Shown: one piece after another, positions 34,350-45,505 of the stretch
Position numbering within the stretch: position 1 is the first letter of the stretch
How the letters are laid out: each line of letters starts with the position of its first letter
Source: a virus
Lineage: Duplodnaviria; Caudoviricetes
DNA length: 50,485 bases
Reading direction: 5' to 3' (one strand)
Virus record (IMG/VR): IMGVR_UViG_3300032373_000016
Location: 1 to 50,485 of that record
The notes under the pieces: model-generated
Databases searched by the model: none
What the model was told of the DNA's origin: nothing
Seen by the model: the letters and a program-made list of their open reading frames with translations, nothing else
Program-made: the position numbers and the translations under genes

Positions 34350-34858
34350 TGGTTGAACCAGTCACAATGGCGCTCATTGCTTCGTCGGCTGTCTCGGCGT
34401 TTGGAAGCATTCTTGGCGGGTTTGGTCAGGCATCGCAAATGAAGGCGCAAGCCAAGGCCGCGGCACTCGAGGCCAAATATGTGAACCTGCAGCGCGCGCA
34501 GAAGAAAGCGATCAACCTTGAGGCGATCAATGATGTGGCTGCGTCTGTGGATCTGATCAGGTCTGGTCGGAACGTGAACCTCAATAGCGCGACAGGTCGA
34601 GCTCTTCGCAAAGATCGCCGGCGCCGCGGTCTGGATAATCTCAACAATGACAATCTGTCATTCCTGCAGCAAATCTCCGGACTTAAAACACGCCAGTCAA
34701 ACCTTCGTGCCGGCGCCCGTGTTGCCCCGCTCATGGGTATTCTAAACGCAAGCGGTGATATCGCGACTATGGCGTCCGGCTTTGGTCAGATCGGCAAGAG
34801 CGGTGCGGGCGAAGTGGACAAAATTAAGCAACTCGGCACAAGCCAGCTAAGCTTTTAA
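34349..34858 (+). CDS. Internal virion/ejection protein 1
   Basis: Hydrophobic Ala/Gly/Ser N-terminus plus coiled coil; synteny with T7 gp14/P22 gp7. Confidence 0.7.
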   Translation: MVEPVTMALIASSAVSAFGSILGGFGQASQMKAQAKAAALEAKYVNLQRAQKKAINLEAINDVAASVDLIRSGRNVNLNSATGRALRKDRRRRGLDNLNNDNLSFLQQISGLKTRQSNLRAGARVAPLMGILNASGDIATMASGFGQIGKSGAGEVDKIKQLGTSQLSF

Positions 34859-34867
34859 GAGGCCAAC

Positions 34868-36592
34868 ATGCTACAAAACATTCAGAGAAACACTGTTCAA
34901 AGCGTAGGGATCGTCGCGAATGACGGTGAAGCGGCCGCGGCAACCTCACTGTTTACGGGTCTCGCTGAATCGTCTTCACGGATGCGGCAACAGTTGCAGC
35001 CTTACCTAGATCAACAGACACGTGACAGGGCGGCGCGTGACGTGCGTTCCGCTATCGATGGGCGTGATGATGCTGGATTAGCGCTAGACGTGCCTACGCG
35101 CCGCGTTCTGACGCGGCAGGACGCTATTTACAATGATGTCGTATCCGCAGGCGTGATCGCGCAGTCTCAAGCCGACTTCCAAGATGAAGTGAATAGGCTT
35201 GCGGAAAATCACCGCTTTGACCCAAAGGGCTTTGCGGGCGCTGCTGATGATTTTGTTGAGGGTTACACCTCCGCTTTGGCGGAGCGTGAACTTTCAATGG
35301 AGATGGTTCTTAGTCTGGAAACCTCCGCTCGCCAGACCTTTGCTCAAGAGGGCGCCCGCGTCGAGGCCCAAACTCGCGAAGTGCAGGTCAAAGAAACGCA
35401 AGACGCAATGGAGCGCCGGCTGTCCCAATTGAGCGCGCAGCTTGCAACGGGCATCGAGCGAGACGCTGGCGTGTTTGTGGGAAGCACTCAGTTTGCAGGG
35501 CTCCAAAAAGAGTATGACGATATCATCAATACTCTGGTCGATAATCCGCTGTATGGCTGGTCGCCAGAACAGGGCGCCGAAGCAATTGACGACTTCATGA
35601 ACGGCGGCACAGAGCTTCTGATGGTGCAAGGCATGGAAGCTGAGTTCTTTAAGAACGGCGATGCGGCCGCTTTGAAGTTTATCGATGAGGGCGTGAACCG
35701 TATGACGCTGGATGCGCAGGAGCGTATCGGGTCGCGGTCTCGTCTCACAAATCGCCTCTCCGTCCTTCAGCAAATGTCTGCGCTGGAACAGCAAGAGAAG
35801 AAGGATGAGCAAGACGCTCTCGAGGCGGCTGGTGAGCAGGCTTCGTTGAATTACGAGTCCGCGATGCTTGGAAAGCTGTCAGGGCAGGAGCGCCCCACGC
35901 GAACGGATATCGCTCAAGGGCAACTGCTTGTGCAGGCAGGGTATCTCAAGCCAGCTCGTCTGAACGTCTACATCAACGCCAAGACCTCGGACAATCTAAC
36001 CGGCCGTGAAGAAGGCGCCCTGTTCGGCGCCATTCAATATGCTCGTGATGTCGCGACCACGCAGGAAGAGCTGGATAGTATCATCCAGGATATGCTTGCC
36101 ACCGAAACCATTGGAATTGACGAGATTTCTAAGATCGAAGACGAATGGCAGGACACGCAAGATGATCGTCTCTCGGCCGGGACAGACCTGCTGGATGCGT
36201 TCTTCCAAAAGAGCTGGATGGATTCTGCCTTTGGAGATTCGCAGGCCAAGAATGCAGAGGCGCGTATCAGTCTTCGCGAGTGGGTTTCTCAAAACCCAGA
36301 ATCAACTGTGCAGCAAGTGGAAGTTCACGCTCGCCGGATCGCAGATTCGTTTGCGCGCACGGCGCCACCCCCGGCAATGGTGATTATGGACGGGTTCAAA
36401 AACCCTCGCGGTATCACGCCGATAAATTATAAAGAATATGTAGAGGATGCGGGCGATTATCTGTTAGACAACTTTTCGAATGATCCAGCGTATCTTAATC
36501 AACAAATGGAACAAATTCGCCTGATCGACGATTATTTTGGCGATATGGCACAGCTCCAATCTGAGGGCTCTGAACCAAACGAGGAACAGTGA
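34868..36592 (+). CDS. Internal virion/ejection protein 2
   Basis: All-helical, acidic, 574 aa; synteny. Confidence 0.7.
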   Translation: MLQNIQRNTVQSVGIVANDGEAAAATSLFTGLAESSSRMRQQLQPYLDQQTRDRAARDVRSAIDGRDDAGLALDVPTRRVLTRQDAIYNDVVSAGVIAQSQADFQDEVNRLAENHRFDPKGFAGAADDFVEGYTSALAERELSMEMVLSLETSARQTFAQEGARVEAQTREVQVKETQDAMERRLSQLSAQLATGIERDAGVFVGSTQFAGLQKEYDDIINTLVDNPLYGWSPEQGAEAIDDFMNGGTELLMVQGMEAEFFKNGDAAALKFIDEGVNRMTLDAQERIGSRSRLTNRLSVLQQMSALEQQEKKDEQDALEAAGEQASLNYESAMLGKLSGQERPTRTDIAQGQLLVQAGYLKPARLNVYINAKTSDNLTGREEGALFGAIQYARDVATTQEELDSIIQDMLATETIGIDEISKIEDEWQDTQDDRLSAGTDLLDAFFQKSWMDSAFGDSQAKNAEARISLREWVSQNPESTVQQVEVHARRIADSFARTAPPPAMVIMDGFKNPRGITPINYKEYVEDAGDYLLDNFSNDPAYLNQQMEQIRLIDDYFGDMAQLQSEGSEPNEEQ

Positions 36593-39500
36593 TGGGTTTT
36601 ACACCAAATGATCGGTGGGGGTTTGCCGCAAAAGCAGACGCCAAACAACCAGGACAAGTCGAACCGGCGCCCGCTCCCAAAACAGGGGCGGGCCCTGACG
36701 CAATGAAGACAGACTTCGCGAATGCGGCAGAGCAAGAGCAGTATCGTCGCAACCTCGATGAGCTGAAGGCTCGCCGTGCCAAACGTCAGAAGAAAGACGA
36801 AGAAGAAGTCGAAAAGGCTCCGCTCGGATCTCCGACGAGACAAGACTGGCGCCCGAACCAATTGCCAGATGGTGACATGATTGTTTCGGCCGGCGCGAAA
36901 GCGCTTGGCTTCGAAGGGGATCCAGAAGAGCTTTCAAAGTTTAACCCGTTTGCCAAGATCGATCGGATCGACGCGTTCAATGCTGGCTTTGATGCCCTGG
37001 GGATCTCGCGCGACACATACGAACGTCAGGCGATGGAGAACGCTTCTAAGGCCCTGAGCATCGCAGGTGACGCTGTGAAGAAAGATGTGGGCGCGGCCGT
37101 GATGGATCCATTGGGTACGGCATCGCAGGTGCCGGGCGGCATGATCGACGCATGGAATGAGATCAACCAATTCGGTATTGATCTATCTGCCGGCGCCGCG
37201 CGCGCGGTCGGTTTTGATCCAGCCGTTGTTGAGCTGCAGAAGTTCGCGCAGGAATCGGCACGCCTGGTCGAAAACCCAATTGAAGAAGATGATACCGTCA
37301 CGGGCAATCTGATCCGTGGGATCTCGCAATTTGCTGTGCCGTTCACTGGCGGCTTGAAGGCAATGAAGGCGGCGAAATTTCTTCAGAAGCCGGGGGCCTG
37401 GCGCGAGGTGTCCCGCTTCACGCTGTCAGGCTTTATGGCAGACTTCACTGCATTTGATCCGGAAGCTGATCGCATCACTGACATGATGTCGGACGCTGGT
37501 TTGCCGATCATCGAGTATCTGGAATCAGACGAAGACGACAGTGTTTGGGAAGCCCGTTTCAAGAATGGTCTCGAGGGATCTGCGATTGGTGTAGCGTCTG
37601 ATGGTCTTTTTGCGATGGCCCGTGGCCTGAAGGGAATGCGGGAAACCAAAGAGGGTCTGCAAAAGCGCCTTGCCGCTCAAGACATTGAACAGCAAGCGAT
37701 CCAGACTGAGATAGAACGCGACCTATGGTCTAACGGCGATCCACAAGCGCCTGCTGTCGAGTTTGATGCGCCACCCAAGGCAGAGACGACCGCGCAGCGG
37801 GCGGAGCGCCTGGAAGGGCAGGAGCGACCAGATCAGCCGATTGCAGGTCAGAAGTTCCTGGATCAAGACTTCTTTGAAATCGAGCCGGACGTTGAAGCGC
37901 TCGGTGACGTCAAGCCAGCCGTTCGCATGGGCGATGCGGTAGAGAACCGCAAAAGGTTCGTTGAGAATGAAACTGTTTCTGAGACTTCAGACATGGGGGA
38001 TCTCGTAGGCTTCTCCGCTCGGTCTGGCGATTTCGCTGTTTCGTTTGAACGTGGCCGTGAAGGCTCGGTTGTCGACTTTGACCGGCTGGATAACATCATC
38101 AATGAGACAAACTTCAAGCGGGACATTGATACACCGCGGACACAAGCGCAGTCGCTTCGTGATGCGAACGAGATCTTTTCAAAGGTAGCTGCTGTGATCG
38201 AGGCCGATGCGCAGCGTACAGGTTCGCCTTCATACTCATTCACGGCCGCGACAATGAAGCTGGATAGCCTGTATCAGCGGTTTGCTCCGAAGATGGCAGA
38301 GCGCATGGGCTATGATTACAAAGCGACAGAGGGTGGTTTCCTTCTGACGCGCCCTGAAGCAACTGAGGCATTTGCTGCGCGCGGCCGGCTGTCGATCTTT
38401 GAAGCGGCAAACCCAGAAGACCGGGCTGCACGTCGACAGGTTGGCGGCAAAGTGCCGGCCTATCTGAGAGATCAAACCGGCTTCGATCCTGAGACTGGCA
38501 GCAAGCCTGGAAACGTCGCAGCTCAATCTCTAGCGCGGCAGCTCGAAAGCAGTCGTGGTCCTCGCTTTGCATTTGATAGTGCGGGAAGCCCCGAGCTGAC
38601 CGCAGAAGGTGCGGCACAGCGTTTGTCGGACATTCGGCAAGCTGGCACCGATGCTTTTCCAAAAGAGTTTGCGGTTCTCGAAAATGATGGCCGGATCCAA
38701 TACGCCCGGCGCCCGAGTGAGATAGAGCCCAATTGGGAAGAGTTTGATTACACCATGAAGGCCGGAACAACGCCGGAAGGCAATGTTGTGATCTTCACGC
38801 AAAACACTCGCCCTGACGAAGTGGCTGGCTTGATGCTGCACGAAATGGGCATTCATGCGGGTATGAGAAACATGGTCGGCGATGCCGGCATGGCAGGCTT
38901 AGAAAAGCAGGTGAACAAGCTGTTGAAAGATGGCGATGCGGCAACAATTCGCGCCCGTCAAAGAGTTCCTGAATCGACACCACAAGACCGCGTTCTTGAA
39001 GAAGTTATGGCCTACATGGTGCAATATGCGCCAGATGCCGCGCTGACACAGGCGATTATTGGTAAGGTTAAAGCCTGGGTGGCAAAGACCAATCCAAAAC
39101 TCATCAAACGGCTAAACCTTCAGGAAGAAGATTATCGCCAGCTCGCAATGCTCGCGATCCGCAATGAGGCGATCATCTCTGGGCAGGTGGTGGCTATGTT
39201 TGGTCGCCTTCCGTCTGTTGACGAATATGGCCGAGAGGGATCCACGGCGAAGCCAATGTTCAATCTATCGCAGCCGCTATTGCTGACTGACGAGCTGTCT
39301 TTGAGCAATGGTCAGGCCGTTCGCGATGCGATGGACTTGAACGCAAATGATGCAAATCTAGGGCGGCAAATTGAGGCGCTTGAAGACGAGCTTCTGGGGC
39401 CTGGTTTTATGGAGCGGTTGTTCCGGTCAAACCCGGACTTTGACCCGTTCTCTTATAGCGAAGCTGTTCAGGCGATGTCTCGTGGTGACGTTAACCCAGC

Positions 39501-42500
39501 GATTGCAGAGGAGTTTCGCAACACAGTGCGAACTATCGCATGGAATGAAGGGCGGAATATAGAAACGGTTGACGCCTCTAGCGTTGTTCGTTCGATGAGA
39601 GTTGCAGCGGGCCCAAGCCCTGTTTTTGATGTCGATCAGTTAGGGTTCATGACAACAGCCGAAACGGTTATGAACAACCCGCCACCAAGGTTTCGTGATG
39701 CAAAAGAGCTGACCTCAGACCAGTGGCGTAATTTCTTTAGAGATGGCGGCGCGACAGGCGAAGCGTTCCGGTATCACATTGAGCCTGCCCTTAAAGAATT
39801 CGAGGGTGCGGGGAAAATTGAAAAAGAAGACTTAGTGCGCGCTCTTGATATGCATCGGACGCGGATGCGAATTGTTGGTGAGGCGTCAAGCCAAACAGAC
39901 CGACTGCCTAAAGTTGGCTTCTCTATGCTTAACGTCACCGCGCGTGGGGCGTCTAAGCGCCTTAATAAAATGGTTAGCAGGCTTGATGCAATTGATCAGA
40001 GAATGACTTCTCGCCGCGAGGACGGCAGGGATCAATCTTTCGGTCAATATATGGACGCTTGGCGCGTTTATGCCTTGGAAAGCCGCATAGATCGGCACTC
40101 GATGCGCTGGGAGCTAGAGCCGCAAATGCATGGCGCAACCGACGAGCTGGAAAAAGGTCGCACCGAAACTGATTACTCAGACTATGTTTCGCCTGGACGC
40201 CACGCAAACTATCGGCAGGAGCTAATTGTTCTTCCTGATGCAGCGAAGGGATATCACTCACACAATTGGGAAAGTGAAGGTGTGATCGGCCATATTCGCA
40301 CGACAGACCGCGTTGACGTAAACGGTCAATCGTTCCGCTTTGTGGACGAGCTGCAGTCAGATCTTCACCAAGAAGGCGCCGCGGCTGGATACCAAGCAGA
40401 AGGCGACAAAACAGAAGCGCTTCGCAAATCGTTTGATGCAGCTCGTGAGAGATATGAGCGTGCGCGTGATCGCGTTCAAAGCGCATCGCTTGAAGAGATC
40501 GATCCGGACGGAACTTTAGATCCAAACGATCCTCCAGAATTGCTGCGCGAAATGGCGGCCGCTGAAGAGGCATTGGGTCAAGCGGGAGAGGCGCTTCGAA
40601 CTGGCTCCTGGCGCTCTTCCAAACAACCGCCTCGAGCACCGGGCGAGAATTGGGAAAAGCCATTCATTAGACGTGTCCTGCAGCGTGCGGTGGCGGATGG
40701 CATCGACACCGTAGCGTTCACAGACCATGCCGCCTTGAACAACTTCCTGCAGAATGAGGGAACCAAAAGCTTTTACAACGAACGGATGCCGGCACATATC
40801 CGCAAAGTCGCAAAAGATTTGGGCGCCGAAGTTATCAGAGTGAAAGCCAATCTGTCTGATTATGAAGTGATGGTGGATGATGTCACATACGGTATCGGCT
40901 ATCGTCACGAAGAAGATGGATCTAAGGTTTTCCTCGATAGTGTTCGCTACGAACGCCGCGGGCAAGCTGAAGCCGCGATGGTGGAAACCCCACAGCGAGA
41001 ATCGGAAGTATTGGCGATCCGCATGAATGATGCCGCTCGGGCAAAGCTTCGCCAAGGCAATACTTTGTTTTCAATTGGTGAGGCTCCGGGTCGAATGGAT
41101 GACGCGCTTAAGCGTACAGTTGTCGATGATGTGAAAGAGGGCCGGCGCGGTCTCGAGCCGGACGAAGCTGAAGCCTTAATCGGTGCGGCTGATCGCTGGG
41201 CTCAATCGGTGGCGCGTCTTCAGCCACAACGGGGACGCGAGCTTGTCGACCTGGTTGAGCAGGTGAAGGCTGGGAATGATCCAGAAGATCTCCGCTATCT
41301 CGTTGAAGTGATGGACCGGGCAAAGGCACAGGTCAAAGAACCGCCTTCCCTTCTAACGTTCCTACGGAATGCTGGCGGGATCCGAGACGAAGGCGGTGAG
41401 CTTTCGGCGCGGGATCTAGGCCGTGTGAACTTCGTTAACAATCGATCCGGTCTGACAATGGATGAAGCTTTGCAGCGCGCATGGGAAGGCGGCTACATCC
41501 AGAACAAGCCTTTCGAAGCTGACACGCTTGGTGTCGGTGCCCGCCCTGCTGATGAAACACGCCCGTACCATAACGATCTATTCGAGTTGATTGATCGCGA
41601 GCTCATGGGCGAAAAGGTTTACTCGCTGAATGATCAGGCATGGGTGCAAGAGGCGGCGGCTAGGGTCGACGCTCGAGCGGAGCTGGATCGATTGGGTCTG
41701 GATCCGAATGCCCCGCGTGCGCAGATTGAAAGCGAGTTCGAACGTATCGCGATGCGGCAAGAGGGGGATCCTCTCACACTCCGTGATGTTGAAGATATCG
41801 ACGCAATGGAGCGGCTGGCAAATGCCAAGCCTGGTGTCGGCCTGCCTGACCGGGGCTTGATTGGCGGCAATGAGGTTCGGATCAACTTCAATGCGCTCAA
41901 CACCTCCGATGATATCAAGTCGGTAATCGGGCAATTGGCTGATGCGTTTAGCGGCGAGATCAAAGGCGCTGTTGGCGAAACGCGAACCAATGAGATGATC
42001 CTTAAGGACAGCCGCAAGATCAGCGCGTGGGAAGCTCTGAACGGGCGTAGAACGGGCGCCCCTCTCGCTGATGTGGAAGTCCCGGCCGCGCAAGCGCTTT
42101 ATTTGGCGTCTGCGGAGAACGTGAAGAAGGCGCTACAGCACGCGATGGAAGTTGGGACGGATACAGCCCATTACAATGCTCGCCGCGCTCTGACGATGCA
42201 TAGGGCCATTCAGGCAGAGATTGCAGGATCAAAGGCTGATGCGTCTCGCGCGCTTCGGGCATGGTCAGTTACCCAATCAGCGACAGCTCAAGCTCGTAAA
42301 GAGATGAAGGATGTCATGGAGCAATATGGCGGGCGCCTGGATCCTGAAGAGATGGCTCGCTTGCAAGAGATGATCGACAGCAATCCGGAAGGGTTTGATA
42401 AGGCTGTTCGGTCGATGAGCCAGAAGACCGCCGATTCGATTGGCGAGATCTTGCGGTTCGCGTGGCTGTCAGCGCCTCCAACCCATATCATGAACTTCGC

Positions 42501-44430
42501 GGGCAATACCTTGGTCGCTTACGCCGATATTCTTCCGCGCGTGGTGACAGGTCTGCGTGGTCAGGCGACCGGCAATCAGGAGATGGCTCAACAGCTCACT
42601 GTGGCGCTCAAAGAGTTCCAAGGGATGAATATGGGCATCGCCGCTCAACTGCGTGCTTTCGGTAAGTCGGCTGAATACGGTCGGATTGCTACGAAGATGA
42701 AAGAAGCCGGCAAGCTCATGGGTGAAGGCCAGACGACCAAGGGCCTGATGCGGGGCGCTTCAGCGCTCGCGTTCGAACCAGGTGCGGCAACCATGCGCGG
42801 CCGCTTTGATGATCGAGGCGTTAACGGCCGGGCGAAGTATATGGACGCCGGCAATGATCGTGCGATTGCTGCGGAAGCGTGGGGTCTCGATGCCGAGAGT
42901 GTACGCGGCCGGGTGCTGAACGGAGCGGGTGCTGTCCTTTCGGCGCCTGTGGAATTCCTCGGCTTCTCTGATGATTTCTTCAAAGGGATCGCTGAGCTAT
43001 CCACGCGTCATCGTATGGCGCAAGAGATGGTGTTTGAAGAGATGCGTCATGGCCTCGAGCCAAAAGACGTGAACGCGCGCTATGCTGAGATTGTAGATAA
43101 TCCGCCTCAAGGCGTGCTGGATGAGGCAAAGCGTGTTGCGCAGCGCCGAACATTCACTGAGCCGGTGGGTAAGGGTACGCGGGGCATTCTGTCTCTGCGC
43201 GAAACGCTTAACAAAGTTCCGGGCGCCGGCCATGTCTTGTTCCCATTCGTGGTGACGCCTTCGAACATTCTAAAGTTCGCCTTCCAGAATGGGCCTACGG
43301 GGATGATGTTTAAGGAAGTCCGTGACGAGCTTGCGGCAGGTGGTGTTCGCCGGGCTAACGCTCAATCTCGGATGATGCTTGGAACGGGTCTCTTGGCGAT
43401 GGGCGCGAGCATGGTTGCAGGCGGCAATATGACTGGCCGGGCGCCGGTCGATCCTGGTGAGCGCGAGCTTTGGTCTCGAACCGGGCGTCAGGAGTATTCA
43501 GTTAAGGTCGGTGACAAGTGGTACAGTTACCGCCGCTTGGAGCCTGTCTCTACCATGATGGCCCTTGGGGCTGACTTCCAAACGATCCTTCAGAATCGCG
43601 CAGTCGATGATGACCCGGATGATGATATCGAAGAAGCGTTCGGTCCTATGCTGGGCATGTTCATGAATGTGGTAGCGTCGAAGACCTATCTGACAGGCGT
43701 GAGCGACTTCATGCAGTTCGTTAATGACCCAGAACGATACGGGCCGACATATCTTGAAAACCTGCAGTCAGGGGTGGCGGTGCCAGCCTTGGTGGCATCG
43801 GTAGAGAAGCTGAATGATCCGCAATTGAACGAGACTTCGAATGCTCTTGAGAAGATGATGGCGCGCACGCCTGGCTTCTCGGCGGACCTTCCTGTCGCTC
43901 GCGATATCTGGGGGCGTAAGCGGCACGTGTCATCTGGGCTTGGGCATTGGTATGACGCCCTTTCGCCGTTCACTGTGCGGACAGAAGAAGCGGAATCGAT
44001 TGATCAGGAGCTCTTGCGGATTGGCTACTATCCTACGCGTCCGGGCAAAAGCATCACGGTTCGGCACATCGCAAGCGGGATGCCGGTTAACGTGAATATC
44101 AGCAACCGGCCGGATATCTATTCTCGATATGTCGAGCTGGCCGGCAATGAGTTGAAGCTGACAGACGGCATGGGTGCTAAGGATTACCTGAATGCTGTGA
44201 TCGAGGGCAAATCTGCACGTTCGTTCGATTATCAGATGTTTTCGGATGATCCGTTAATGCCGGCGTCAAAGGAAAAGTTCATCAACACGATCATAAATCA
44301 GTATCGGGAACAGGCGCGTCAACAGCTCGAGCGGACTGAATTTAGGCAAGATCTTCAACAGATGGCGCTCGCGGCAATTCAGGCTCAAAGGCAAGCCGAC
44401 GAGATGAGGCAACAGCAACTTCAGCGTTAG
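36589..44430 (+). CDS. Large multidomain ejection (polyvalent) protein, 2613 aa
   Basis: Synteny; zincin-like LHEMGIH; GHIRTTDR...FVDELQSDLHQ; C-terminal FPFVVTP.N...YSYRRLEP region. Confidence 0.8.
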   Translation: MMGFTPNDRWGFAAKADAKQPGQVEPAPAPKTGAGPDAMKTDFANAAEQEQYRRNLDELKARRAKRQKKDEEEVEKAPLGSPTRQDWRPNQLPDGDMIVSAGAKALGFEGDPEELSKFNPFAKIDRIDAFNAGFDALGISRDTYERQAMENASKALSIAGDAVKKDVGAAVMDPLGTASQVPGGMIDAWNEINQFGIDLSAGAARAVGFDPAVVELQKFAQESARLVENPIEEDDTVTGNLIRGISQFAVPFTGGLKAMKAAKFLQKPGAWREVSRFTLSGFMADFTAFDPEADRITDMMSDAGLPIIEYLESDEDDSVWEARFKNGLEGSAIGVASDGLFAMARGLKGMRETKEGLQKRLAAQDIEQQAIQTEIERDLWSNGDPQAPAVEFDAPPKAETTAQRAERLEGQERPDQPIAGQKFLDQDFFEIEPDVEALGDVKPAVRMGDAVENRKRFVENETVSETSDMGDLVGFSARSGDFAVSFERGREGSVVDFDRLDNIINETNFKRDIDTPRTQAQSLRDANEIFSKVAAVIEADAQRTGSPSYSFTAATMKLDSLYQRFAPKMAERMGYDYKATEGGFLLTRPEATEAFAARGRLSIFEAANPEDRAARRQVGGKVPAYLRDQTGFDPETGSKPGNVAAQSLARQLESSRGPRFAFDSAGSPELTAEGAAQRLSDIRQAGTDAFPKEFAVLENDGRIQYARRPSEIEPNWEEFDYTMKAGTTPEGNVVIFTQNTRPDEVAGLMLHEMGIHAGMRNMVGDAGMAGLEKQVNKLLKDGDAATIRARQRVPESTPQDRVLEEVMAYMVQYAPDAALTQAIIGKVKAWVAKTNPKLIKRLNLQEEDYRQLAMLAIRNEAIISGQVVAMFGRLPSVDEYGREGSTAKPMFNLSQPLLLTDELSLSNGQAVRDAMDLNANDANLGRQIEALEDELLGPGFMERLFRSNPDFDPFSYSEAVQAMSRGDVNPAIAEEFRNTVRTIAWNEGRNIETVDASSVVRSMRVAAGPSPVFDVDQLGFMTTAETVMNNPPPRFRDAKELTSDQWRNFFRDGGATGEAFRYHIEPALKEFEGAGKIEKEDLVRALDMHRTRMRIVGEASSQTDRLPKVGFSMLNVTARGASKRLNKMVSRLDAIDQRMTSRREDGRDQSFGQYMDAWRVYALESRIDRHSMRWELEPQMHGATDELEKGRTETDYSDYVSPGRHANYRQELIVLPDAAKGYHSHNWESEGVIGHIRTTDRVDVNGQSFRFVDELQSDLHQEGAAAGYQAEGDKTEALRKSFDAARERYERARDRVQSASLEEIDPDGTLDPNDPPELLREMAAAEEALGQAGEALRTGSWRSSKQPPRAPGENWEKPFIRRVLQRAVADGIDTVAFTDHAALNNFLQNEGTKSFYNERMPAHIRKVAKDLGAEVIRVKANLSDYEVMVDDVTYGIGYRHEEDGSKVFLDSVRYERRGQAEAAMVETPQRESEVLAIRMNDAARAKLRQGNTLFSIGEAPGRMDDALKRTVVDDVKEGRRGLEPDEAEALIGAADRWAQSVARLQPQRGRELVDLVEQVKAGNDPEDLRYLVEVMDRAKAQVKEPPSLLTFLRNAGGIRDEGGELSARDLGRVNFVNNRSGLTMDEALQRAWEGGYIQNKPFEADTLGVGARPADETRPYHNDLFELIDRELMGEKVYSLNDQAWVQEAAARVDARAELDRLGLDPNAPRAQIESEFERIAMRQEGDPLTLRDVEDIDAMERLANAKPGVGLPDRGLIGGNEVRINFNALNTSDDIKSVIGQLADAFSGEIKGAVGETRTNEMILKDSRKISAWEALNGRRTGAPLADVEVPAAQALYLASAENVKKALQHAMEVGTDTAHYNARRALTMHRAIQAEIAGSKADASRALRAWSVTQSATAQARKEMKDVMEQYGGRLDPEEMARLQEMIDSNPEGFDKAVRSMSQKTADSIGEILRFAWLSAPPTHIMNFAGNTLVAYADILPRVVTGLRGQATGNQEMAQQLTVALKEFQGMNMGIAAQLRAFGKSAEYGRIATKMKEAGKLMGEGQTTKGLMRGASALAFEPGAATMRGRFDDRGVNGRAKYMDAGNDRAIAAEAWGLDAESVRGRVLNGAGAVLSAPVEFLGFSDDFFKGIAELSTRHRMAQEMVFEEMRHGLEPKDVNARYAEIVDNPPQGVLDEAKRVAQRRTFTEPVGKGTRGILSLRETLNKVPGAGHVLFPFVVTPSNILKFAFQNGPTGMMFKEVRDELAAGGVRRANAQSRMMLGTGLLAMGASMVAGGNMTGRAPVDPGERELWSRTGRQEYSVKVGDKWYSYRRLEPVSTMMALGADFQTILQNRAVDDDPDDDIEEAFGPMLGMFMNVVASKTYLTGVSDFMQFVNDPERYGPTYLENLQSGVAVPALVASVEKLNDPQLNETSNALEKMMARTPGFSADLPVARDIWGRKRHVSSGLGHWYDALSPFTVRTEEAESIDQELLRIGYYPTRPGKSITVRHIASGMPVNVNISNRPDIYSRYVELAGNELKLTDGMGAKDYLNAVIEGKSARSFDYQMFSDDPLMPASKEKFINTIINQYREQARQQLERTEFRQDLQQMALAAIQAQRQADEMRQQQLQR

Positions 44431-44489
44431 TGCGTTTGACGATTTGCGGGCGAAACCTATTATCTGCTTAGGCAATATGGGGCTGGCAC

Positions 44490-44897
44490 ATGCTAGATCG
44501 TCCGGTTAAATCTGATTTTTCAACAACGGCTTCTTATCGGGAGGCCCGCGCTGAATGGGCTAACGAGCTGAGAAAGGCGGTCGATAATGATGACCGCCTT
44601 GTTGGCGCGATCAAGACGATTGAGCTGCTGGCAGAGCGTGTTCATGATCTCGAGCTGGCGGTTTCAAGATCGGATGTTGTCACGCTTGAAAACGGGACAG
44701 AGTACACCTTCCACACGGTCGATCATCTCGCTTTAGCCCTTGCAGGTATTGCAGCTTCACGCGGTACAAAAGCGCCTCTTCCCCTAAGCAATGGTCAGGT
44801 CATCCCAGACGTTCGAATGAGTGAGGTTGTTTTGATCGCCACTCAGATCTTGGAAGGCGGCTTGCAGGAAAGTGAGCCGCAAGATGACCCCACTTGA
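44490..44897 (+). CDS. Hypothetical protein, first gene of the lysis unit
   Basis: ORF after an AGTGCGTT promoter motif. Confidence 0.65.
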   Translation: MLDRPVKSDFSTTASYREARAEWANELRKAVDNDDRLVGAIKTIELLAERVHDLELAVSRSDVVTLENGTEYTFHTVDHLALALAGIAASRGTKAPLPLSNGQVIPDVRMSEVVLIATQILEGGLQESEPQDDPT

Positions 44898-45504
44898 GAC
44901 GCTTCCTGACTTCGTTCCAGACGAAGAATTCGAGATCATTGGCGAAGTTGTAGGTTGGAGCCCGGATATCCTGAAGGGTATCGGCCGAAAAGAAACAATG
45001 TTTGGCGCCTTGGATCCCCGAGATATTCGCTTCGAAAGTGGGCAATGGCGCAAGTATAGGTTTGCCAGTCGCGAAGCCAGAAAGTTTGACCGCCACAAAA
45101 ACAGAAGTGCTCGGCGTTCTGACTGGCGTGAAGCCCGCTGGGAAGCCTTTTCGCAGATGGACCGCGTTGCCCAAAAAGATGCTTTCCTAAACCCAAGGGC
45201 GGGCGATGCTGCGATCCTTTCACACAGCTTTGGCTGGGGGCAAATCATGGGCTTCAATCATAAGGTTGCTGGCTTCGATAGCGCTCGCGAGTTTCTTCGC
45301 GCGATGGGAACCCTAGAGGGCCAACGTCAGGCGATTGTGAACTTCATCGTTGATAGCCGGCCGATCCTGATTGCTGGGCAGAGGGAAGATTTTGATGCGC
45401 TTGGCTATCATTGGAATGGCCCCGCATATAAGCGCAACAAATGGGCGGTAGATGTCGCTGGGTTTGTTGCTGAAGAAAGATATCGGAGTACGACCTTTGT
45501 TTAA
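44884..45504 (+). CDS. Endolysin, N-acetylmuramidase (DUF3380-like)
   Basis: IRFE, SFGWGQIMGFNH..AGF.S..EF..AM, WNGPAY..N. Confidence 0.88.
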   Translation: MTPLETLPDFVPDEEFEIIGEVVGWSPDILKGIGRKETMFGALDPRDIRFESGQWRKYRFASREARKFDRHKNRSARRSDWREARWEAFSQMDRVAQKDAFLNPRAGDAAILSHSFGWGQIMGFNHKVAGFDSAREFLRAMGTLEGQRQAIVNFIVDSRPILIAGQREDFDALGYHWNGPAYKRNKWAVDVAGFVAEERYRSTTFV

Positions 45505-45505
45505 C

